The notes beneath the pieces are model-generated. The model had not been told where the DNA came from and made no database searches. It saw nothing but the letters and a program-made list of their open reading frames with translations. A DNA stretch of 32,000 nt, taken from assembly GCF_000400465.1 (NCBI RefSeq), contig NW_008806292.1, positions 90,001 through 122,000 on the forward strand, read 5' to 3'. Source of the DNA: Wallemia ichthyophaga EXF-994 (lineage: Eukaryota; Fungi; Basidiomycota). Shown piece after piece: positions 22,193 through 32,000 of this stretch. Position numbers and translations under genes: made by a program. Within the stretch, counting starts at the first letter, position 1; every line of letters starts with the position of its first letter.

Positions 22193-24509
22193 ATGTCAAC
22201 GGAGTTTGAAATTAATATCGGAACTCTAGTCACACGATTATCTTTCAAATCATCCATCATCGCTACTAGATTACTCGGAATGCTGCGAAATTTATACCCC
22301 TTATCTCTCGCAGCCACTTTATCCATAACACAAGCACAGCAATTTCAACAATCGGACACATACAGATCCACAGCCACCCCTACAGTTTCAAATATCCCAC
22401 TATCCACAGCTTCGATTTCCCCCTCTCTGCCTTCCTCCACTGAGATCCCCCATCAAGATGCTCAATTGTTCCCTCAGCCGTGGTGCTCAAATCCTATCTT
22501 CTGCCCAAGTGATATTCTCCAATCCGTCGCTTTCTCCCAGCTATACGCGGACGGCAAGACTTTCGTCGATAAACCTACAAAATTTTCAACCCAAGATGTC
22601 TTAGATGGTTGGAGTAGCGTAAACGGTAACAATCAACAGAATCTCACTATCGGTCAAATTGAGCAATTTGTTAAAGACTATTTTGGTCCAGAAGGCAGCG
22701 AGTTGGTCGAGGTGCTCATTCAAATCGATGATTCACCCTCATTTCTCGACAATATCGACGATGATCTCCTCAAAGGCTTTATTGGCACTGTACATACATA
22801 CTGGTCTCAGCTTATTCGACAAGTAAACTCCACCGCCACTTGCGATAACGACGAATGCGATTCCACTTTATTGAATCACCCAGACACTTTCGTCGTTCCA
22901 GGTGGTCGCTTCAGAGAGCTATACTACTGGGATAGCTATTTTAGTTTCCTGGGTATGTTGAGATCAGGTTTGAGTCAAGAGGTTAAAATGACACTGAATA
23001 ATTTCATCAACGCTATCGATAACTATGAATTTATCCCTAATGGATTCAGAAGCTACTACTTAAACAGATCGCAGCCACCATTCTTCGCTTTGATGGTGGA
23101 AGACTATGTCAACTGGACAAACGACACTGACTTCCTAGACACTGCCATGCCTGCTATCGAGAAGGAAATTTCATGGTGGCAAAATAACCGCACATCCACC
23201 GTAGAATCACCTTGGTCTGGTAAAATGCACAGTGTGGCTAGGTACAATGTTACCAACACTGCACCCAGACCAGAGAGCTACCTCACAGACTTCGAGACTG
23301 CAAACCAAAACGTGGAGTACACAGATGAAGAGAAGCAGTCACTCTATGCAGAGCTTTCATCTGCTGCTGAGTCTGGATGGGATTTCTCCAGTCGATGGTC
23401 CAAGTCTCCTCGCGCCAACGAAGGTCTTGCAGATCAGAAGCCAGTGCTAAGAGAACTCAATATCCGTCAAATTATACCTGTAGACCTCAACTCTATTCTC
23501 TACAAGGTTCATATGGCTGCTGCGTCTTTGTATCAGATGACTTCGAGTAATAAAAGTCAGATTGACGGACATAGAGAGCGAGCTGAGGAAATCAAAGAAG
23601 CTATCTTAGATCTCAACTGGGATGACAGCGAGTATTCCCTAGTATTTAAAGATTTCAACACTACTTCGAGCGACTACTCAGACGCTTGGTCATTGGCATC
23701 TTACTACCCTTACTGGGCTGGCATCATACCAGGGAGTGTCTTGGGAAGTACCGATACTGCTCAGTCTGCTTTTGCAGGGTTGAGATTTGTATTAGATAGA
23801 TACAACGGATCATTGCCCGCGACTCTCTTCGAGAGTGGGATGCAATGGGATATGAATGCGTGGGCACCTCTGCAATGTGAGTTGAACTATGTGGAACCGA
23901 GAACTTACTCTAAAACACTGAACTCAAGACATTGCTGTAAAAGCACTCGAAGCTCTACCAGACAACGTCACAGCGGGTGCCCTTCAACGGCCTGAAGATG
24001 GACAGTCTACATATTCATTAGTGCCATCTAAGCAGCTTGGACTAGATGACGAGAGCCAAGCACCAACTCAACCACTGTACAACATTTCCGGCAGCACATC
24101 TAACAAAGATGGCTTCATGGATGAGTATGATTGTGAAAATTGGCGAGAGTGTCTCGCGAATGAGGTAGCTCAACGGTTCGTTAGTAGCACTTTCTGTAGC
24201 TGGTACACTACTGGTGGATCTATCCCAAATATGCTCAATCAACTACCTGCCGAGAAGCTTGCACAGTATGACGCCGATAGCAGCTACACTGGATACATGT
24301 TCGAGAAATACAACAGCACTAACTTAGTGGCAGCTGGTGGTGGTGGAGAGTATGATGTGGTCGTAGGGTTTGGAATGACCAACGGAGTACTTATAGAATT
24401 TGGCAGCGAGTATGGATCTAGCTTGGTCCGTCCAAACTGCCCAGGTGTTCAGATAACAGAGAGACAAGCAGCTCGAAGACAATTAGCGCCTCTTTTCAGC
24501 GGGGCGTAA
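22193..24509 (+). CDS. GH37 alpha,alpha-trehalase with signal peptide (likely start ATG 22280; upstream in-frame ATG 22193), 2 exons
   Basis: DGKTFVDKP; VVPGGRFRELYYWDSY; PNGFRSYYLNRSQPP; PRPESY; AESGWDFSSRW; PVDLNSIL; QWD; MFEKY; GGGGEY. The GTGAGT intron after PLQ rejoins YIAVKAL. Confidence 0.95.
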
Positions 24510-24552
24510 GTGGAACGTAGTGTCTTGTCTTTATGGAGAATACCGACAAGAG

Positions 24553-24576
24553 GGAAAACGCGGAAAACGCGGAAAA
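24553..24576. repeat. 9-bp tandem repeat (GGAAAACGC x2 + GGAAAA) about 140 nt upstream of the chitin synthase start; contains two ACGCG cores
   Basis: Read directly. A regulatory role is only inferred. Confidence 0.6.
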
Positions 24577-24715
24577 TAACGAATAAACGAAGCACTTAAT
24601 GATAAAGGACTCTTGAATGTAAAAATCAAACAGTAATAATTTTTGTCTTGTTGTAGGCGGCTGTGCTCAAGCGTGGTTGGAAAAGCACCGCAATCACTGC
24701 TTCATTACATTTGGG

Positions 24716-27700
24716 ATGAATCGCCATAGACACGTACCACTAGAAGAGAGTGATGTGAGTGTGTTTACTGATATTTAAACGCGCTCACTTACGCGCTCAT
24801 CAAGTCAGAAGACCACTCGTCATATCCCATGCAATCAACTACTGAACTTCCACAGTACTCAAGCCATCCATTCAACGAGTATGACGAAAGCCCCTTCCAA
24901 TACCCACGCTCTCCACCTCAGCCTGCCTCTTATGGCTACGCACCCGTCCAAGAACCCACCATTATGATGCCAGAAGCCCAAAGGCTGCCTGAGCCGGAAG
25001 CTCAAGTATTTGTAAGCTCAGATGCTACACATGGCCCCAACCCAAATCCTATGCCTACTGGCGTACAGCTTTATGACGCCCCTTATACCAACCCAAGCGA
25101 TCCTTTCGTCGATGATGACCGCATGCCAATTCGACGCCTAAATTCTGATACTGAGGGTGTCGGTTTGTTAAGGCCTGGAACTGCACTTTCAGGCTCTACT
25201 CACGCCCCTAGTGGTACTGCCCCTTCAGTAAACAACGCTGACGACTTCGACGAGGTGAGTCCTTCTCTTTATCCTCTATCGCAGCAGACAGCTCAAATAT
25301 CCCATTACAGGACACGGCTATACGCTATGGCGGTATACCGCAGCGCGTTCCAAGAAGATACAAGACAACAAAACGTGTTGAGCTTCAAGACGGTAACCTG
25401 GTTCTCGATTGTCCTGTCCCGACGCGTTTATTGGATATGTGTCATAATAGAGAAGGCGATGAATTCACTCACATGAGGTACACCGCCGCTACTTGCGATC
25501 CAAGTCAGTTTGACGCTGAACGCTACACACTCAGACAACAATTGTACAGTCCACCAAGACGTACCGAGATTATGATTTGCTTGACTATGTGAGTGCTAGG
25601 ACAGCAATGAAAAACCCTCTCTAACCTACCCAAGGTACAACGAAGACGAGTTCTTATTCACACGAACAATGCATTCTGTCGTAACCAACATTGTCCACCT
25701 ATGTTCACGTGGTAGGTCCAAGACCTGGGGTGACGAAGGTTGGAAAAAGGTCGTTGTCGTTATCATCTCAGACGGTAGACAGAAGATCCACTCAAGAACT
25801 CTGGCTACAATCGCCGCTCTCGGTGCATATCAAGATGGTGTCGCCAAAAACGTCGTTCAAGGTCGTCCCGTCACAGCTCACATCTACGAGTACACCTCCC
25901 AAATTGACATCAAGCCAGATATGAAATTCAATGACAAGTCAAAGCGAAAGGTACCAATTCAGATTATTTTCTGTCTCAAGGAGAAAAACCAGAAGAAAAT
26001 CAACTCACACAGATGGTTCTTCTCTGCCTTCTGCGAAAGTCTGCAGCCGAATGTCTGCATGTTACTTGATGTCGGTACGTCTCCGGGACCAAGGTCGATC
26101 TATCACTTGTGGAAATCTTTCGACGTAGATTCAAATACTGGTGGTGCATGTGGTGAAATTGTCACTTTCAAAGGAAATTACATGTCAGCTTTGCTAAACC
26201 CACTCGTTGCAGCTCAGAACTTTGAATACAAAATGTCAAACATCCTTGACAAACCTCTTGAATCAATTTTTGGCTACATCACTGTTCTGCCTGGTGCTTT
26301 CTCAGCGTACAGATGGGTAGCTCTGCAGAATGACGAAAATGGTCAGGGTCCGCTTGAAAAGTACTTTTTGGGTGAAACACTGCATGGTGGTGATGCTGGT
26401 ATCTTTACCGCTAACATGTATTTGGCTGAGGATAGAATTTTGTGTTGGGAACTCGTCTCCAAGAGAAACATGCAATGGACACTACATTACGTCAAAACCG
26501 CCAAAGCTTACACGGATGTCCCTGATAGAATACCAGAGCTTATTAGTCAGCGTAGGCGTTGGTTGAATGGTTCCTTCTTTGCCGCTATACACTCCGTTAC
26601 CCATTTCTACAATATCTATCGCTCTGGTCACACGGTGCTTAGACAATTTTGGCTACACGTTGAAATGATTTACCAGCTCGTCAATCTTGTCTTCAGTTGG
26701 TTCGCAATCGGTAACTACTTTATCGTGTTCCGTGTTCTTTCATCTTCAATGCTGCAGGCTGAATCTAAACTAAAGGCTTTGAACGTTATCCTCGAATTTC
26801 TGTATATTGCTCTCCTTGCTTTGTCTTTCTTGCAAGCTATGGGTAATAGGCCACAAGGTAATAGCAGTAAATGGGGCTACTTGGCTGCTTTTATCGGATT
26901 CGCTTTGATTACGTCATATATGGTAAGTGTTTTGGTTTCATCTTGGTTATTCTCACATACGGGTTTTAGATTGCCGTTGCTTTTTATTTGGCTGTCACTG
27001 GTATTCAAAATGTTATCAACTCACATAATGGCAGCATTACCGCCGGGGATCTTTTCAGCGACCAAGTATTCATCACTATTGTCATTTCTATTACAGCTAC
27101 ATATGGGTTGTACTTGATATCCTCGATATTATTCGTGAGTAGCTAGATGTTTCTACAAGCAGTATAACTGACCATCTACACAGTTCGAGCCATGGCACAT
27201 GCTCACTAGTTTCTTCCAATATCTCATGATTGCTCCAAGTTACATCAATGTATTGAACGTCTACGGTGAGTTTTCTCAGTCGAAACGAACACTACTGACA
27301 CAAGCTCTAGCATTCTGTAACACGCACGATATTTCCTGGGGTACAAAAGGCGATACCCACGTAGCAACAGATCTTGGTGTCGCAGGAGATAAGAAGCAGA
27401 AGGGCAATAAGGAAATAGACATCGCTTTACCAACGGACCATTCCGATATTAATGCAGCTTACGAAGACGCATTGCACACCATGTCTCACCCACCTCCGCC
27501 TCACAAAGAGGTCGAAGACCCAGCTACGAAGCAGGCAGACTATTATGCCTCTTTCCGTACTAACACTGTCTTATGCTGGGTGTTGTCGAATGCACTTCTT
27601 GGTGCTGCTATTCTTTCATCCACTAGTGCGTTTGAAGTGGATGATGGATCACATAGAAACCGAACAAACATATACATTGCGATAGTTCTTTACTTTGTTG

Positions 27701-27828
27701 CGGGATTGTCAGCGATTAGGTGAGCCGCTACAACTTACTTTGCTTCATGGACGCTAACTAAGCTAACAAAATGCAGATTCATCGGTAGTTGCTCATATCT
27801 GATATTGAGATTATTCCATCGCGAGTAA
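24716..27828 (+). CDS. Chitin synthase, division 1 (class I/II-like), multi-exon
   Basis: First exon [13 protein letters not shown] (24716-24754) splices in frame (intron 24755-24804) to the 24829 ORF. Motifs [64 protein letters not shown]. Stop TAA 27826-27828. Confidence 0.95.
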
Positions 27829-27933
27829 GAGAGGTACATATATTAATTTTACGAAATAGAATGCAGTAACTTTTCTTTGTCTTAATTTTATTCTATGCGA
27901 TCATTGTGAAAGAGCCCTTTGTCCGATACCACG

Positions 27934-29282
27934 ATGAGCAACACACACGGTACATAAAGCAACGACAACAGATACGTGCCATGTGCTAATTACATTCGTC
28001 AATAGGCAGAAAAGACGCCAAGACTGCAGGACGCGGTCCGGTGGTGTCGATCGACAGCGATAACGAAGATTCAAGACTGACTTCATTCAACTTGCGTCCA
28101 GCTAGTCCAGAACCTAGAGCTGGCTTTGTTTCGACTGCCCGTAGGCTTTCATCTCTCACCATCTCTGCGCATCTCTAAAAATATTCACCAGCATCCCCAC
28201 ATTCCAAGAGCGGACGCAAGAGAAATGCCCTCGATAATCTCGATAGAAATGGCTCGAAGGTTTTCAAGAAACCAAAGCAAGATCTCATCCCAAATAGGAA
28301 ACCAGTCGAGAAAGACAAGACAGCAGGACCAGCAGCGTCATCTAAGGAGAACACCAACCTCTACTCGAATCAATACAAAAGAGAAAACATACATGACATA
28401 GTGGAAAGTGCTCACAATGCTCAGAACAGAGCCATTCAGTTCGCTTCCCCTGAAAAGAGAAACTGGATTTTGGATATGGTTCCATCACCTAAGAAGAGTG
28501 ATACGCCCAAGAAGGCTGAGAAGCTTCTTACTGCTTCTAAAACCTCTCAGAATGCTCCTCCAAAGGGAAAGAAACACATGTATCAGCTAACAGAGGTTGA
28601 CGACATGAGTGACATCAAAGACCTACTTAATAGGGAGGAGACTGTTTTACATACAGATACCTCGTCATCACAAATGGATGTAGATACTATGGAGAGCCTT
28701 ATTGATCTACAGAAGCTGATTGATAAGGAGAAGGATATAGATAGAGAAGCAGAGCTGCACCAGTCGAGCACTGGGAGTGGCGCTAGTCCCAATTCCCCTC
28801 GCAGCAACCACTTATCATCTAAGAGTGAGGAACTCATTCAAAGCGAACTTACGAATCGAATGAACAGGACTACCTCTGCAGATAAAGGGAAAGGTAAAGA
28901 ATGCAACAACAATATTAACGAAACTGGCGAAGCAAAACAAAGTGAAAAGAATAAGGACGAATCAAAAGCATCAGACAACCCATACGCTATTCTTGATAGG
29001 AAGGAGAGGCTTGAGTTGGAGCTACGCAAGCAAAGATGGCAAATGAGTACCTTCGAAGAGTGGAAAGAAGATGGTGTGGAAATCATTGAAGAATTCGCAG
29101 AATTAATTCACCAAGTACAAGAAAGAATAACCTCTAAAGTAACGCACATGACAGACTACATATCCAAAATTCAACAAGGCAAAACAATGCTCGGCGAACA
29201 AAAGCTTAAATTACAAGTAGCGAGAGAAGAGGTCAATGATATGACCAAAGCGCTGATATTTAAAAAGAGAAAAAACGACTAA
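27934..29282 (+). CDS. Disordered N-terminus plus C-terminal helical domain resembling Ecm11 (PF15463-like), 3 exons
   Basis: ATG 27934 with two GT-AG introns gives an open frame into the 28401-29282 ORF. C-terminal FEEWKEDGVEIIEEFAELIHQVQE followed by a coiled coil resembles the Ecm11 'EW.E.G...F..L' pattern. The gene call is solid; the product call is tentative. Confidence 0.5.
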
Positions 29283-31334
29283 ATATTAACTATATCGACT
29301 CTGCAACGATCACTTAAGTCATGCTGAATATATTGATTTTCTTGTGCCTTTAATTGCTGTTTGTTGATAGGGTGTATCGATAAATGTGCGAATGTACCAC
29401 TGTTCTTTCCTTTTGCTGCGTAATAGGGATTTATGCAAAGTGATTGGTCTACTTTTTTTATGAAATGCTTAAGCATACTTGGTAATATCAGTATATCGGG
29501 TATCACCTTCTCCTCATCTTCTTCGCCAGTCTTTCCATTGGGAAATGATGCAAGTTCAAGGTGCGATACATCCAAATTAAGCTCGTGCGACATCTCTTTT
29601 GGTGGCGGGAACATAGGATAATAACTTTGCTGGTCAATTATATCGCGACACAAACTCATCATGTTGTCCCTTGGATTACTGTCTTGAACAGCGTCGTCTT
29701 CTTGATCAGCTTCTTTGAGAGTTTTGAAAAACTCCTGATTGCGTAGATGCATCAAGTTATCGACGTTTGATATACCAAACAAGACCTCGTTGACATGGAA
29801 CGAAGCCGGATTTGTGACGCATTTACATCTCTTTCAAACTTGTCAGTCAGATGAAAGGTAATGGAGCGAGACATACCTGTTTTGGTGGTAGACCGAGGTT
29901 ATTGCGAGGTAATGAGTTTTGCGGATATACGACATATGGAGTGATAAGATCTCTCACACTCGGTATCAACACTGCCGTACAACCTGCAGCCACTTCTAAC
30001 GCTCTAGTGAGTCTGTTTCCAATACGCATTCTAAACAAATCCTCCGGAAGTAAGTCGATCTGGCCTGCCTGAATCATTGGGTGGTTCGAATCAATGAACG
30101 GACCAAGCTAATGCTATAATCAGACGAGTAAAGTATTGCGAAGGTCTTTTACGTACCAAAACGAGAACATCCGGTTGTCTCTTTTCAACTTGACTCATCA
30201 GAGCGTCAAATGGCTCGTAATTGAGGTTGTTGTCTATTGTGAAAGGACCTGTAGCAACCATTACTGACATTGGAGAAGAGCCCAAAGAGTCCGTGGAGTG
30301 CTGCATTTCTAATAGCTCAGTTGAATGAGTCTTTACAGCACTCAATGGCGGCATCTACGCTGTATGTTAGCAAAACAAAGAGTATTTCATTAGACATACG
30401 GTGAATATTTCTTCGACACCAAAGTATCCTGCGCCTCTATTAGAGCCCAAAACACCGATTATGCGACCAGGGAACAAGCGAATGCCCTTACTGCCTTTAG
30501 GTACACCTCTTACTTTGCACTCGTTTGAGAAGCGTAAAGGTATTCTAGCGCCGCTGCCTAAGGTCTTTGAAGTTTCGAGAATGACACTATCGTCGCTGAG
30601 CTTTGTTATGTCACTTTCTTTGCAAATTCTTCCGATACAGATTCTTTGTGACTTGAGGTGGGGTTAGTTAGGGAGATTCTGAGGATGAAACATACCATAT
30701 TAACTATACTTGGGTCACCAATTTCGAAATTAGGTTCACCTTTGAAGAGGTCTTTCACTCTGTTCGCGAAATAATCGATACGCTCATCAAGTACGGCTGA
30801 GCGCTCAGAGAGCTTCTCGAACATGTATCTATACTTGAATTTGTTTAAGGAGACAGCAGACATGAGGTTGACGCGTGGTTCTAAGCCGGAGTACTTTGGA
30901 GCGAGATTGAGGTGACCATTGAAGGTATTGACGATAAGGTCTGGGTTCTTGCGTAGTGCAAAGTGGTTATGTGTGGGCTTTGGAGTGCTATCGTTGGAGT
31001 GATTAGAAGGGGTGAGTGGGGATTGATTGGACTGAGTGGATTTCAGCGGCGTTGATTGCTGATTGACCCTCTTTTTCAAATTGAGTGAATGATTCTTCAC
31101 CGGAGTACTCTGTGCAGCCTCAGATCTCAATTGAAGCTTAAAATTGCGTAAATTTGAAACATTAAGATTCTTGTCGATGCTGTTATTTAATATAAATGAT
31201 TCCCACTTAAAGTAAAGTTCTTCTGGCGGTAGATTGTGTATTTTGCAGGTGGAAAGTAATTCAAGGCTTAAGTTTTCATCTGAGGTATTGAATAGCTTGG
31301 ATATGCTGTGGCTGTGGCTATTGGTGGATGTCAT
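29279..31334 (-). CDS. POL12: DNA polymerase alpha/primase B subunit, multi-exon
   Basis: PEELYFKWESF; YRYMFEKLSERSAVLDERID; VATGPFT..NLNYEPF; PDVLVL; LIPSVRDL..YPQ; PDILILPS...F.K.V...INP. Confidence 0.95.
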
Positions 31335-31366
31335 TGTTGACTTCTCGATGAATGTCGTCTAAGAAG

Positions 31367-31383
31367 ACGCGTATGAAACGCGT
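31367..31383. promoter_or_regulatory. Two perfect MCB boxes (ACGCGT at 31367-31372 and 31378-31383) just upstream of POL12
   Basis: Motifs lie 33-49 nt upstream of the POL12 ATG. POL12 is a classical MBF/MCB G1-S target in yeasts. Confidence 0.7.
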
Positions 31384-31451
31384 AAATCAAGATACAAATA
31401 TAATTTATTCTTCATTTCGTACAACATATTCAAATTCTATCTCCATTTCAT

Positions 31452-31847
31452 TCAAACTTCTCCAGATCCTCTCCTTTCCCTAGGCAGCTGTCCTTGATTT
31501 GGTGAAGAAGACAAATTATTCGAATTTGAAGCGGGGGAAGAGTGAGGAATGCTATTTTAGTTTATATGAATCATTTTGAATATAACTAGACACAAACTCA
31601 CGTTTCTGGTTTGGGTATAGCCGTACCAACTGGCTGTGATGATGTCTTTACGCCTGCTTGCTCCATTGCATAATCACCACTATCAAAGTATTGTCTGCCT
31701 TTGTTTGCGCCTGTGTATTTTTAAATTGTGTGCACACTCCTCGTTATCAGTTAACCAACCTAGCAATGCACCCGGTGCGCCCTTCTTCGGCTTCAATTGT
31801 CCAAACTTTGATTTCAATTGATCTTCTTGGGCTTTGATGTCACTCAT
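31452..31847 (-). CDS. Endosulfine/ARPP-19 (Igo1/2-like) PP2A-B55 inhibitor, at least 3 exons; start could extend to 31898 or 31905
   Basis: MSDIKAQEDQLKSKFGQLKPKKG...|GANKGRQYFDSGDYAMEQAG...VGTAIPKPET|IPH. FDSGDY is the Greatwall/Rim15 phosphosite motif. Confidence 0.9.
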
Positions 31848-32000
31848 TCTGTGATTCTGTTGATTCCGTCGTTTCTGTTGATTGTTCGTGGTCATCATAC
31901 GTCATGCGTAATTAACTATACACGGCAATTTTGAAAATTAATTTATTAAGTAAAAACGCAATCTATTATACAAAACGCTATACAAGCAACTCTAGGCTAC

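Overview
Eukaryotic (fungal) genomic DNA from a very compact, intron-rich genome. The ORF track is fragmented because nearly every gene is spliced. Most introns I traced are about 35-70 nt, and many intergenic gaps are under 120 nt. Gene density (21 genes in 32 kb), intron size and protein sequences fit a streamlined basidiomycete such as Wallemia (inference, not verified). Genes in order: family III CoA-transferase with C-terminal SKL, Pho80/PCL-like cyclin, TPI1, IWR1, a mitochondrial-type membrane protein with LEA3-like 11-mer repeats, CWF19-like, frataxin, V-ATPase c' (VMA11), DCAF5-like WD40, TAL1, translin, a CAP59/GT69 mannosyltransferase-like gene, RHO1, RPC17, a Lys-rich coiled-coil protein, a GCFC/NTR2-like splicing factor, GH37 trehalase, chitin synthase, an Ecm11-like protein, POL12 and an endosulfine/Igo1. 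I found no tRNA, rRNA, CRISPR array or transposon. No multi-gene novel system is evident. The best leads are gene-architecture oddities and two uncharacterised hydrophilic proteins. These include a RHO1 start codon split across a 5-nt microexon, ECM11-like/POL12 stop codons that overlap, a 52-nt divergent intergenic gap, and frequent GTGGGT donors. Exon boundaries were inferred by hand from GT-AG signals and reading-frame continuity.
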